Shown: piece after piece, positions 37,311 to 50,599 of the stretch
How the letters are laid out: each line of letters opens with the position of its first letter
Numbering within the stretch: the stretch's first letter is position 1
NCBI GenBank assembly: GCA_028534125.1
Contig: CM052832.1
Coordinates: 10,294,001 to 10,358,000 of the forward strand
Length of the DNA: 64,000 nt
Origin: Lama glama
Lineage: Eukaryota
Direction of reading: 5' to 3'
The notes under the pieces: model-generated
The model's database searches: none
Seen by the model: the letters and a program-made list of their open reading frames with translations, nothing else
Told to the model about the DNA's origin: nothing
Program-made: the position numbers and the translations under genes

Positions 37311-37436
37311 GAGGGGGAGGGTATAGCTCAAGTGGCAGAGTGCATTCTTAGCATGTATGAGGTTCTGGGTTCAATCCCCAGTACCTCTCCACAAAAATAA
37401 CTAAATAAATAAACCTAAACCTCCCCCCACCAAAAA
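37311..37436 (+). mobile_element. tRNA-Ala-derived camelid SINE (Vic-1 type) with perfect TSD
   Basis: 14-bp target-site duplication CAGAAGCAAATACA at 37297-37310 and 37437-37450. Confidence 0.9.
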
Positions 37437-38389
37437 CAGAAGCAAATACAAAGCTCTGGGTGGGGTATCTGTTTTACTGTGCTACTGGCGGCCTAAGCAT
37501 CTGGCTTGTGGCATGCAATGTCAAAGCCCTAAGGCAGAGGGGGCAACAGCACTGTTGCATTAGAGTTGAGTTCCTGGCATCCAGTGTCCATCTGCTTCCT
37601 TCTGCGGGGAGGCATTAAGAGCGACAGGTCTAAGGAATGTTGTGGGCAGATTCTTTGGGGTCCAGAGAGGCATTTGACCAAGTCTTATGACCAGTCCAGT
37701 GGACAGAAGTCAGGAATGTGATGGACTAACCACTGGTTCAACCACCAGCACAGCTCCCATGGCCTCGCCTGTTGACTGGGGTGACAGGTGAGGAGGATGG
37801 GAAGAAGGGGAATCTAGTCTGAGAGAGAATGACAAGAAAGGACTTGGGAAGAGAGATGCTGGGGGTTTGAGAGCAGTGCAGCAGGTGGGATGTAGTGGCC
37901 TCTGGCTGGGTGAAGAGGCATTGGGGGAAGAGCCCAAATTTCTTCAATAAAACCTACATAGTTTTTCATGTCTTTTGGAGCTAGACTTTATTTATTTATT
38001 TATTTATTTTAAGATCTGGAACCTCTAAAGCTCTAAAGGTAGATAAACAAGAAGTTTTAATTTTGTTGCTCAGTTTTGAATTAAAATAGAATTAGTGAGC
38101 CTACTCCAGTCTGGCGTTTCTGAGATGTGAAGTTCATGTTCTGCCTGCTCCACTCCGGACCCTGTGTCGTTTTCTAGGCCAGTGTCGTTTCTGAATCACA
38201 CTAGGCAGCAGGGCCTCAGAGCCTCCAGTTCTGACTTCCTAGAAAAGAAAATCAGCCAGGCACTGTGTCTGAATTCTAAGTGGGCTGTCTGGCGTGTAGT
38301 GACTTTCCCCTCCCGGGGAGGCTGTGGCCAGGCAGGGAGAAAGTTTGGGGAAGGGTGACTCTGCCACATTTTCGTCCCATGGGAGACGC

Positions 38390-38780
38390 ATTAGCTGGAT
38401 AGGCTAGGTTTTGCTGGAATCACAGCACAAATAACCACAAATCTCTGCGGCGTACAGCAAAGCCTTATTTCTCACCTGGGCTTCATGTCCATCACCATCC
38501 TGTTGCAACTTTGATTCACGTTTTCTCCTCTTAGGGACCATGGCTGTTGGATGAGGCACTTTCTAGAGCATCAGTGGTCATCATGACAGCAGGGGAAAGA
38601 AAAGCCAGAAAGCCACATGCTAGCTCTTAAAACTTACCCCAAAGTGACTTTGGGACTTCTACTCACATTTCACGGGCTACAAGTCATATGACCATGGCTA
38701 CGTACAACAGAGTGGGGGTGTATATTTCTCCTACAGGGAGGAGCACTGAACATTTGGGACAATAGTATAGTCTGACCAAT
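38390..38780 (-). mobile_element. MaLR LTR (MLT1-type)
   Basis: ttagctggataggctaggttttgctg...ccacaaatctctgcggcgtacagcaaagccttatttctcac...aagtcatatgaccatgg is an MLT1 antisense signature. Confidence 0.6.
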
Positions 38781-40769
38781 TCTGCCTAAAACATAGCAGT
38801 TACATGCCATTTGAAGTCTGACAAAAAAGATTGTCAGGAAAGATCTGAAGGAGGCTGCCATGTGGGAAATTGTACTTTTTTCCCCTAAAGATGATTTCAT
38901 GCTTGTTGGGTCCATCATATTCTGGAATCTTTCTGCTGTCCAACAAGTATTGATAAGGAGAAATTAATCAGTCACATGAGCCACACCACTCCAGAAGTCC
39001 CTGACATACACCCGCTGGCGGGCTGAATTTTCTCCCAGTTCCTACCCCAGCTCTGATCCCTCCCTCACCCCAGCCCCCCACTTTTCTCCCATTTCATTTC
39101 TTCTTTGAGCTCCAAAACCCAGATGACTGTGACTCCTCTGTAGTCACCTAAGATTTTCAGACTTGCAAGAGGCTGGTAATTTCTCTTTAGGAGATTTTCC
39201 TACTACTTGTCCAGCAGAGCAGTGTGGTCTTAGGAAGTCTTTCTGTCTGAGGAGCTTAATTTCCACCATAGATGTGATTCACTGAGAGGGATGAGCGTGC
39301 TTTTTTTTTTTTTCCACCATCATCACCAAATTTTAATATTTAATTAAATTATCTGGCCAGAAAAGCAATGACTAAAATCATAGCTAGAAAAGCACTTTAA
39401 GGAAAGAAATACCTGGGACCCATTTGGTACTTTTCTCACTGTTTCTTCTTTGGCCAGTCCCTGCTGACTCTTACTCTGGATGTACACCCAGACTGGATCC
39501 CCAAGTGTCTGTCCTGATCCTGGAGGGGGCAGCACCCTCTGTTGTGGCTCTGGGACCCTTCACCAGCAGTGATCAGAAACCTTTCCTGGAGGGAGGTTTT
39601 TGTTTCCTTGCAGAGATGTTTCTGGGCCACAGCCACAGGCAGCCTGTTCACCCACCTGGCAGGGAGAGCTCATGAAAGAGGCAGCTTTATTCAGGATTTT
39701 TTGCCTCCTTATCAACAGGGACAGTTTGTTTTTCCTTCTGACTCATGGATTCAGAAAGGGGCTCCCCTGCTGTTTCCTTCAAGTGACAAAACACAGAGAG
39801 GAGCTACTGACAATGCATTATGACATTTCAACGTGAAGAATATTTATAATTGTCTTTTCCAATCAGACATTTCCCCCAGCCAGTTTATTTACCTTATTTT
39901 TGATTTTGAGGAGGCCCATTTTCTACTTTGATTTTTTTTTTTTCCACCGGCATTAGCTGGGTCTTTTATGAGCTAGTAATTTGCTCTCTGGTCTCTTAGC
40001 AACCAGGAACTTTTCCAGCTGCACCGCTGAATCAGACCTTGGAGTTGCAAAGTTTATAACAGTACCTGCTCAAGGACAGCATCTCTCCCAGAGCCAACAT
40101 TTTTAAACCAGTGTTTGAACAAGAAAATTAACCAGAGTTTTAGGACATGTACATTCATAAAGGCAACAACTGACAAAACACATGTCTGGCTCTCTGGAGT
40201 GGTTGATTCTCCGCTGGTCCCAGTCCCAGCTGGCTGAGTTCTCTTTGTCCTCCACTGCAGCACAAGGCATTTTTCCTTCTCTGCCCCTGGGCTGATGTGA
40301 AGCAGATGGAGCCTTGCCTGGAGAGGAAAGGACCATGTCCTCCCCAGAGGAGGATGAGGCCAGGGTCCCGAATGCAGCTGATCACTCTGTCTTCGCCAGT
40401 TTCACTCCACACACTTTGATTTCGTGCCCAGTATGTGCAAGGCACTGGCTTGGGGAAATGTACAGAACACAGCTGTGCTCTGAAGAGCTCGTGGCCTAGT
40501 GCAGAGGCATCAATAAATCACTCAGTATTCAGTGTGCTGAGTCTGACATTCATGATCCGAACAAAGGACTGCAGGAGGACAGAAGAGAACTTGGCCTGGG
40601 GAGTGGGGTGAAAGCCTGTGTGAGTCACTGCTCTGGAGGCAGGATGGGGGTCCTGAGGGATGAGGAGGCAGGGGCTTCCTCTCTCCACCTTGGGCAAGTG
40701 TGCTGTGAGTCACAGACTTCCGGCCTTGGCCACTCAGGGGCAGGGAGCCTCAAGCTCATTTATCTGCCA

Positions 40770-41305
40770 GTGTGAGAATTGACTAATTCTTGGAGTTTTC
40801 TATGGCTACATCAAAACCCACCCCAAACTGAGTGGTATAAAACACCACCCTTTTACTGTGTTCTCGGATCTGGTGGGTCGGTAGTCAGAAGTGAGCACAG
40901 GGGATGGGGTCTTCTTTTCTCCATGGTGTCTGGAGCCTCAGGGGAGGACTTGAATGGCAGGGGTGCATTCAACTGCCAGGGGCTGGAGACCACCCCAGTC
41001 TCGTTTCCTCACTCACATGCCCAGTGGCTAGGCTGGGCTGCCTAATGTCTACCTGTGGCCTCGTGGGCTTGAGGTTCTCAGGATTGTTGGATTGGAGGGT
41101 CAGGGCTCTAAGAGCAAGTAGATGATCTCTGAGGACAGGGCAGAAGCTGTGTGATCTTTTTTGGTCTCACCACAGAAGTCACATAGTGTCCCTTCCACAT
41201 ACTCTATGGGTAGGCATCAAGGGCCCACCCAGATGAAGAGTAGGACACATAGACCTACCTCTCAACAGAAAGAGGGTCAAAATATTTGCAGTCATGCTTA
41301 CATCA
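40770..41305 (-). mobile_element. MaLR LTR (MLT1-type)
   Basis: ccaccccaaactgagtggtataaaacacc...cagaagtcacatagtgtcccttcc...cccacccagat is an MLT1 antisense signature. Confidence 0.65.
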
Positions 41306-43860
41306 CCATACAAGGAACCAGAAGTCCTGGCTTCCTGTCTGACTCTGCCCCTCACTTGCTGTGTGACCTTGGGTTAGTTGCTTCTCCTCTCTGGGCTCCG
41401 GCCTCCTCATCTATATAAGGTGAGGGGTTCACCAGTTTAATCTAAAGTCCTTTCCATGAGGAGAAGCAGCAGAGCAAGTACTCTATTACCTACTGATTAG
41501 AGGTGAACTGAACTTTAACTATAGGACTGAATGTCCAATTGAATCATGTGAATCATTGGGTAGATATAATTTTTAGAATTGTTACACTGATACAAACTTG
41601 AGGAACTTTGATCCAGCCCTCTTGTTTTGCAGATAAGGAAACTGACGTTTAGAGAGGCTAAAGGTCCAGGAGTAATTTCATGATGGATATTGGCTAAAGA
41701 ATAGAATCCGGGCCCCTGAACCAATCATCCTGTGTGCTTTCCACTTACCTTATTACATTTGGAATTACATAAGAAATTTCATTCAAACATCCACCTTTAG
41801 GAAGATATCTCTTATGTAAACAGAAGTATATCTGTAAGTAGCCGTCTGGAAATTTTCCACTGTGTCCAACCTGGGAGGTTGTTAGTTGAGCTTGATGGTT
41901 TGTTGGCCAGATCTGTGCTCACTGGTTGGCCCCTCTGGGGACCTTGGCCCAGGACTGGAGCAGAATGATAGTGGGGCTGGGAGGCAGGTTGAGAAGAGGT
42001 GAGTTTGCTTCTGGTTTGGATCCTAATTTTTTTTTTCATAGCAGCCATAGTCAGAAATGGTTCTTGTGCATATATAATAAGGTGATTGAGTTAAATAATA
42101 AATGACAAGAGAGGCCACGGGAGGTGGGGAAGCAAAGGCAAGAGAGAAGGAGTCTGGTTTCAGCTTAAATTGGAAAGGACATTGAGCTCTGCTGAGGAGG
42201 GAGATGGGAGGGCAGAAGGACCCATGGTAACAGGAACAAAAAAAGAACTGGCAAAAAGAGCCATGGGGCTTGTTACAGCCCGGGAAGGCTGAAAGAGCAG
42301 GGGCAACCTCAGTGTGCAAATATAACAGGACATTGGGCATTTAAAAAGTGAGGGGAGCCTGAAGTCATACTTAGTGCTGGGGAATTAGTGGGGAAAAAAA
42401 TAGCAACCATGAAGCATTAAATCTTCATGATAACTGGGCTTTTCCAGAGCTGGATCCATCTCAAACATGGCCTGAGTTAGAGTCAGCTGGGCACGGCTGA
42501 CTTTGTCGTGTTGTTTGAACATTGATGGGAAACAAGGCTCATCTGTGTGGCCACCAGTCAGGATGCTGGGAGGATGGAAGAACTGGAACGCTGAGGAAGC
42601 CAGCTGCGCTTTCAGAGAGAGCCTGACGTCCCTGCCCCCGCCCCCACCCTGTCCTCAGCATACAGTCCACCCACTCCGTCTCTAACCCATCGCCTCCTGT
42701 TCTCACCACAATTCACACCAGACCTCCTGCCATTCTTGTCCCTTCTCGTCCATCCCACCTAGTCCCAGTCCTGAGCAGCCTTACATCACAATTCTCAACC
42801 AGCTCATTCCCACCTCGACTCCTCATTTTTATCCTCTCTCATTTCATTTACAAATCCCTTTATTTGGTGCTTATCCCTATGACAGTCTAAGCCTTTATAG
42901 GATTAAACTCTCAAGACACTAGACCTTAGGGGTTCTGGGAATCTGACATCCCTAAAGCAGGGCATTTCAGCCTTTTCTTTTCATGAAAACACAGAAAATG
43001 ATATTTGTACTGCCCATTAGGGTCAAGGGCTCCAGCCTGGTCCGGGCCCCACCTAAATACCCCACGGGCTAAGGGGTCTAGGCAAAGCTGAAATCCATTC
43101 TCAGAACTGTTTTGGAGGCTCTGCAAAGGACCATAGGATTTTGCACACTCCCAATCAGACATGTTTTCCCTGTAGAGTTGTGTGTTGCCTATCTGCCCTT
43201 TGGCTGACTCAACAAATGACATCAGTTCCAGTGACAGGAAGGTCAGTCTTCTTCTGGCACCGAAGGTAGCAGCAAAATGGAATAGTTTGGTGGTGCAGCA
43301 GTTCACAGCGGGGCTGGCTTGTCTGCCCGAGTCCAGCAAAAGCAGCTGTGATGATCAAATACATTTAGGGGGAAAACCATCTTGCTAGTTACAGAGCAAG
43401 TGTTCGGGTCTGAAAGGGAGTCTCTGTAGTCCCTGCTTTGGTGAACTTTCATTCTTGCAGCAGGACGAGGCCAGCCTGGGAGGAAAGAAACAACGCTGGA
43501 GACAGGACAACTGTGGGAGAAGTTCACAGGCCCTCGGGGTTGAAAGGAGGCAGAGGGTCTGTCTGGCTGGGAGAGAATCCTACAGAGTTCCAGTGAAGTC
43601 ATGTCATTTCAGGGGGACCTGACAGAGGAACACAATTTCCCTAGGAGGAGAGTAGGGTGGAAGAGAACCTTCCAGGCCCAGTGAGGAGAGGGACAAAGGG
43701 GCAAGACAACAGATGGGGTGGAGAGAACCACGTAGTCCAGAAAATATGAAGAGTGTGCAGACTATCCAGGTATAGAATAGAGAAGTAAGTCGGAGGCAGG
43801 TGGTACAGGGCCTTGATTCTGAAGTGAAGAGTGGTATGAGAATAAGGGGCAACAAGGAGA

Positions 43861-43995
43861 GGGGAGGGTATAGCTCAAGTGGTAGAGTTGATGCTTAGCA
43901 TGCACAAGGTCCTGGGTTCAACCCCCCAGTACCTCCTCTAAAAGTAAATAAACAAATAAACCTAATTATACCCCTCCGCCAAAAAAAAAAAAAAA
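43861..43995 (+). mobile_element. tRNA-Ala-derived camelid SINE (Vic-1 type)
   Basis: GGGGAGGGTATAGCTCAAGTGGTAGAG...GGTTCAACCCCCAGTACC with a poly(A) tail. Confidence 0.88.
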
Positions 43996-45620
43996 GGAAA
44001 CAGGGGACCACTTTTTTGAACTCCCTTTCTGGACCCAGGGAAGGCCAGGGTGTTGGCTATGAGAAAACAAGGTAGATGAGGACTGATATGGAGAATGCGG
44101 AGTCCAGGGCCTGCAGAAAACCAAACGGGGAACAAAGGCTGATCTCCCACTGAAGCATCAATTCAAAGAGATGCAGACAAGAGGTGGGGTCTAGGTCGAA
44201 GACCAAAGTGTGGGAGCTGTAATGTCAGACAAGACTCTGCACAGAGGTGAGAAGGCACCTGGTGAGCATCCTTGAGCTGCTGGGGCAGAGTCACAGCCTT
44301 TTTTTGGAGGACCTGGTAGACTCAGCCTTCAGTGGGGAGGGAGTGATGAAAGGCCCTGAGTCAGCTCAGACTCTACTGATACCCGAGGAAAGGATTTAGG
44401 GGACCAGAGCCCTGGACATCTGAGAGCTGTAGCTGGAAGTGGCATGTCGGTGTTGGGAGAGGCACCCTGGGCTTGGGGCTTGCCTGCGTCTTCTCTCTGA
44501 GTGCTCCAGATTGCAAGGTTTATCTGTCTCCAAATACTGAGCAGTTCTGTAGCCGGTCATACAGGTAACTAAGTAGGTCAAGGTGACCACAGTGTGACTA
44601 TAGTGTAACTGCTCCCTCTGAGGGCCTTTGAGAATAGAAACAACCATCCTTATGACTGACAGAATTTGGAAAGAAAGGGGTGGACTTGAGCAGTAATGGA
44701 GTTTCTAGGGAGCCCTGAGGAGAATTAGGAAACCTAGAGGAGCAGGCTCGGAGGGAATGTAATTTGTAGTTCCAATTAGGATGTGATGAGCTGGAGGCAC
44801 CCGTGGGATCCTAGGGAGAGAGATCTAGCAGACAGTTGAATGTGATCGAGGCCAGAGATATGTAATTAAGAGGTGATGGTTGAAGGAGGCCAGAACCATC
44901 ACAGTGGCTCCTCTCCAGGGGTACCTCACCCAACCCCCACAACCCGTCACTGCATCCCTTGCCCTCTGATTTAATTGCTCTGGGATGGTGCCTGAGCATT
45001 GGTATTTTTAAAATGTTCATCCAGTGATTCCAGTATGTGGTCAGAGTTGAGACTGCTGACCCACAGGATGAAGTCCAAGTTCCTACGCATGGCGTGCAGG
45101 CCTCTCCCTGCAAAGCTCCTGCATATCTCACCCGGCTTATCTCCCTCTGCTTGTTCCCTGAGCTCAAGCCATCTCGTCCTCTGCCATTCCCTGAACATAC
45201 CCTGCAGTTTCACGCTTCTGCGACTTCACACCTGCTCTTGCTCTGCTCCGGAAGCCCTTTCTGCTTGTAGGCTCCTCGGATGTCTTTATTCCAGCCTCAC
45301 TCAGCCTAAGCCTCATCTCCATCTGAAGGATTTCCTTGGTCTTGGAAGCTGGAGTGACACTTTCTCGTGGGTGCCCCCACCTGGTCCTGTTCCTTCATTA
45401 CAGCGCTCATCCCGGATGGGACAGATTGCTCTCATGGGCTTTGCTCTTTCACTTACTGTGGGACTTTGGCTGTACAAAGGATAATGACACCCACTGCATG
45501 AGTTAATCATGAGGATTGAATGAGGTGACTTGTGTGCAGTGTGGAGCAGGCGTAGACCACAGGGCTGTACACTGGCTCTACACATAGTAGTTGTTATCAT
45601 CTGACTTTCTAACTCTAGAG

Positions 45621-45941
45621 CAGCACCACCCAATGCAAATAAAACACAAGCCGCAAAAGGGAGCCACATAGGCGATTTAAAATTTTCTTATAGCCACATT
45701 AAAAAGTAAAAAGAAGTGAAATTAATTTCAATGGTATATTCTATTTAATGGAATATACTCCAAATGTTATCTTATAATATTTAATCAATATAAAACTTAT
45801 TAATGAGCTATTTTTACTTTTTTTCATGTAAGTCTTTGAAACCCCCTGTTATTTTACAAGCATATCTTATTTCAGACTAACCACATTTCAAGTGCTCAGT
45901 AGCCATACGTGGCCAGTAGTTACTGTCCTGGACAATGCAAT
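45621..45941. mobile_element. MER33 hAT-Charlie DNA transposon
   Basis: gagccacat...aaattttcttatagccacattaaaaagtaaaaagaagtgaaattaattt...ccacatttcaagtgctcagtagccatacgtggccagtag follows the recalled MER33 consensus over ~320 bp. Confidence 0.8.
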
Positions 45942-46613
45942 GCTACATCCACGAGATCTCTGTGAATTTCTTGAGGATATGCACAGCGTCTGATTTTTCT
46001 CTGCATCACTCAGCTCTTGGCACAGAGCAGTGTCTAATAAATGTTTATAAAATATTACTGAGCTAAGTCAGGTCATTGGGCAGGTTGCCGAGGGGAATAA
46101 TTGATAAGCAACCACAAGCTCTAATGACAGGCTGGGGAAGCCAGGCAGTGACTGAAAGTGAGGCACTGCCTTGTGCTGATGGAGCCAGGGGGAAGGAGAA
46201 GGAGCCATCTCTGCAGCAAGCCTGGGGTTAAAAGCCTAGAATGGGAAAGTTTCAGATCTTTGTCTTGATGCTGTCATCACTAATATTTGTGTTCCCTTCA
46301 AATTAGAGGCAACCAACTTTACCCAATGACGGATTATCTGGCTTTTTGGGGTAGGATCTTGGGATCACTATAGGAAAATCACTTCACTCCAGAAACCTCC
46401 CTGACCAGACTGTTCCAGTGAATGGTTAAAAAAACAGATTTGTGTTTGAGTTCTGATTCCACGACCAATGAATTGTGTGACCTTGGACAACTTACTTAAC
46501 CTCTCTGAGCTTCAGCTTCTGTCATCTATGAAATACAGGGAATAATAAGAGCATCTCTCTCATAGGGTTACCCTGGAGAGATTGTATACTGTGTCCATGT
46601 CTTGAAGAGATCA

Positions 46614-47122
46614 TGTGCTTCTGATGTGGCTCCCAAGTACCCCTGCCTCCTGGTGTATCCCCTCCCTTTGAGTGTGTGTGGGACCTAGTGACTTGATTCT
46701 AACCAACAGAACGTGGCAGGGTGATGGGACACTTCCATGATTAGATTGTAAAAGGCTGTGCCTTCCATCTTGCTAGTGCTTGCTCTTGCCCTCTTGCTTG
46801 CTTGCTCTGAATAAAGCCAGCTGCCACGTTGTGAGATTCTCTGTGGAGGGGTGCACGTGCTAAGAGGCTGGGGAGATCTCCAACCAGGAGAGCGCCATGA
46901 GGAACTGAGTCCAGCAGCCCAAGAGGAAGTGGGTCTTGTTAACAACCAGGGGAGTGAGCTTGGAAGTGGATCCTTCCAGTCAAGCTTTGACATGAGACTG
47001 CAGGCTTCTGCGAGTCAGCAGACCCAGCTAAATTGTGCCTGGATCTACAGACAATAGATGTGTGTGGTTTAAGTTGCTAAGTCTTGGGGTAATTTGTTAC
47101 ACAGAAATGAATAACTAATGCA
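46614..47122 (+). mobile_element. MaLR solo LTR (MLT1E/F-like)
   Basis: ccctgcctcctggt...cccctccctttgagtgtg...gacttgattctaaccaacagaa...ttaagttgctaagtcttggggtaatttgttacacag...aactaat. Confidence 0.75.
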
Positions 47123-48315
47123 TGCAACTGTTTGACACAGTAGCTACAACATAGAAGGTGCTCAGTAAATTTAAATATTACTCTTAGCAGTGGATTTGGA
47201 AAAGTCTTCTGTTGGTAAGGGAGTCTTGTCCTATACATAGAAAATCTCTAAGCTAGACAGCTGATCATGCTCTTCATGAGCAGCTAGGATTCAATCAGAC
47301 TTGCTTAAGTGGAGTCACATATTTTTAAAATTATAGTTCATTCCTTTGCACTGGTATCAGCATTTGCCTGCTCACCTTAGGCATGGTTTCAACCCTGTCC
47401 CATCCCACCCGACGTCCAGCCAGTGCCAATAGGTTCACACTGTGAGGACACAAACGGGACATTTTCCTGGGACGGGGATTCACAGCTGACTTGGGGGCCA
47501 AAAGTGGCAACAGACCTGAGAATAAGGTATAATCAGCCCACTGGTCAGAGCAGTACTTTGTTTTGTTTTTCCGTTTTTTCAGAACGTGGTTGTCCTCTGA
47601 GAGAAACACTAGTAAGAAGAATCCATGTGTAATGTAGCGAAGCGTCTGTGATTGTGAAGCCTAATCACTTGTGAAATAGAATCGATCACAATGTTCCTTG
47701 TCTGGGAAACAAACGTGTTAACTAAAGGGGGGTGGTCTATGCGTGTTCTGGAGGAAGGGGACCTTAAGGAACAGTGATTTGTCAGTGTTTTTCCAGAGCT
47801 GTCCAGAGCAAGGGGGCCCATCTGGCTGACAGAAACATCCGCTCTGCTTGACAGGCGGGCCCTAGAGATGCCGGGAGCATCAGGCAATCATAACTCACCG
47901 ACACAAGCCATTAAGATCATCCTGCTGCGCTCTGGCATGAAGTCCTTGCTTACCATGCAGCCTTCTGATGAGAATAATTCATTTCTCTCTATGTTGGCCT
48001 CCCACCAATGGACACGAGGTTCTGGTTTTCTTGAAAGTTACAGTTTTCTCTGGAACTAATGCTCTGCTGTTCTAGCTTATTCATCAGTCTCTTGAGAGTT
48101 TGCACAGGCTGGATCAGTCTTTGACCTCTTGGGTACGGACCAAATAGATCTGCTGCCTTTCAAAGTGGAGAGCAAGTGCCTGGGACCTAGGGACCTCCTG
48201 TCTTCCCTCCATCTTTCTGTCCCTCCCTCCTTTTTTTCTTCCTCTCTTTTTTTTTCTTCTACCTCTGCCCATCTTCACCCTGTCACACACAAACACACAC
48301 TCTGTCTCTTGTATG

Positions 48316-48530
48316 AATCGTGGTGTAGCATCTTGGCTAAGCTAAAATGGATTCTGGAGCTAATTAGTTCTGAGTCCTGGTTTTGTCACTTAGTAGCTGT
48401 GGGCTCTTGGGCAAGTGACTTTAAGCTCTCTGTGACTCATTTGTAAAGTGGGAATAATAGTACTTGCCTCATAAGGCTGATGTCAGGATTAAATAAATCA
48501 GAGCAGTGCCTGGCACTGGTAAGTACTCAC
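48316..48530 (+). mobile_element. MIR SINE
   Basis: Core cacttagtagctgtg..cttgggcaagtgactttaagctctctg...tgtaaagtggga. Many further MIRs occur, e.g. ~12590-12740, 19240-19440, 46440-46580 and 63540-63710. Confidence 0.75.
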
Positions 48531-48574
48531 TCACTCAACGTTAGCTAAATAACAAGTACTGAGTGCATGCCATA

Positions 48575-48859
48575 TGTGGGACTCTAATGCCCTGATGCAC
48601 ATGCAAGCAAACCAAATTCTAAGCCTGTAAATACCTCAAAGTTATGAAAGCAAAACCTAAAGGCAACCAGTCATAAACAGCCAACTAGGATATAAACTAA
48701 TACCAGCCAATAATTTCCTTACTTTGCTTCTGCCTTTTCTCTATATAAGTTTTTCTCCCAGCTCCCATCAATGGAGTGCTTCTAACTACTTCCAGCTGGT
48801 GCTGCCTGATTCAAGTTGATTTTTGCTCAGATATGTGGCCTCAGTTTGTCTTTTAACCA
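48575..48859 (+). repeat. ERV 5' LTR (5'-truncated)
   Basis: Aligns to 54108-54437 (aagcaaaccaaa.tctaagcct.taaa.acctcaaag; gctgcctgatt....tgatttttgctcagat). Confidence 0.85.
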
Positions 48860-48862
48860 TTC

Positions 48863-48880
48863 TGGTGTCAGAAGTGGGGT
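48863..48880 (+). other. Primer-binding site complementary to tRNA-Leu(CAA)
   Basis: TGGTGTCAGAAGTGGGGT versus the recalled tRNA-Leu 3' complement TGGTGTCAGAAGTGGGAT (17/18), immediately after the 5' LTR. Confidence 0.8.
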
Positions 48881-50599
48881 TGAAGGAGCCCTTCCAAAGG
48901 CCCCCAGGAACAATGACAAACCCACTGAGCTCACTGCTTCTTCACTGTGTCTGGAGGTCACAGATAAGTCCCTTCTTTACCTGAGTTCTGCAGATTTTGC
49001 ATTTTTAAAAGGAGCTTTCTGAATTTATTTGAGCATTTCTTTCTCCCTACTGGGCCTGGGGTCAGCCAACTTAAAACAAACCAGACTGGGTTCTTGGTTG
49101 AACTGGGTCAACTTAGAAACTGGACTGGCTCTAGGGTTGGACCAACCTAAGTTGGACTGGGTCCAGTGCAAGGCCTCAGATAATAGGAAAAAAGAAAGAG
49201 AAAAGTGAGCTCCTCTGAGTTCAAGCAATCTGGGAGTCGTCCATCTGGGATCCAAGCTAACTATATGTATAAATACCATGGATTCAGAACCTGTGTTTTT
49301 CTGAACCAGTGACTGCCAAAGATAACCTTGAATTACAGTGGCCACAGTGGGAGAACTTTTAACCTAGATAAGCCTATCCATTTTTGAGGTGTTCTAGGAA
49401 AATAAAGGGTCCTGATTTTCCCCAAAACAATGGGATGCATTTTTTATTGGTATGCAAAAGCTTCTAAGAAACTGAATCAAAAATTGCCTCTTTAAAGATC
49501 CTCTACAAAAGGTAGATGAAAAGCTTAAGCAACAGGCTGATGGTGAACCTAAAAGGGCGTGTACACTAACTCCACTCTGACTGCTCCTTCCCTGTTCTCT
49601 CCACTCCCTAAATATTTGAAACCTACTAACCCCTTTACTCAGTTGCCTTCCACTCTGAAGATGAGCCAGAGATTAAACAAATGCCTTTTAAAGGGTGGCC
49701 TTTCACTGAGCCTGAAATACCAGAAGTAACCATCATTTCTCCATGGTCCAAGGCTGAACTTAGGTCCATCATCAAATATTTTTCAAACCCTAAAGAGAAT
49801 CCTCAAAGATTTTATGAGGAATTTAGAATCCTAATTGGAGCTTATGATCCGGGACTCCTGGACCTCTAGAATTTATTCATATGGCATTAGGATGGGGTGA
49901 CTGCCTGAAAAATGACTGGCTGAAGCCATGTGGGAGGATCCCAAGAGTGGTATTAAAGACCCAAATACTAATCACTCTGCCAGGGATGGCCCAAAATGTG
50001 CTGGAAAAATACCCCAAGACCTACTTGGAAGTATTGGTAAGGTATTTCCTCAAAAGACTGACTAATCTACCATTCAGTCTTGCAAAGCAAACAAAATATG
50101 AACCAAAAAATATGTCTGTGAGACAAGATTGGAAACACTTTTTGTGACATATTCTAGGCTTTCTTTATTAAATGCAGGCGCAGAAAAATGCCCTGATATC
50201 CTTATTCGTGAATGGGCTCTGGTCCCAAATAAGTAGCCATATAAAGAGAGACAAGCTGGGCTGAGAAGCCACCTCTCTTGCTGAATTAACAGCCCTTGTG
50301 GAGCATGCTGAAAGAACCTTGCAGCAAGATAAAATTTAAAAAGCCAGTAAATATATGGCTCTGCGGTTATAACAGCTCCAAGAGCTGAGAGGATCTTCAC
50401 TTTTCCAGTCAGAACATAGAGGTCCTTTACTCAGGAATACTGCACCCTGGAATGTCTGCCTTCACTGTAAACAGCCAGGGCCCTGGAAAAGGACTGCCCC
50501 ACTGCTGAACCCATTATTTTAATAGACCTCCACCTACTAATCTAGATTGTTTTTCCCTTGGAGGAAGTCTTAAAAAATTTGATTACTGAAATAATAATA

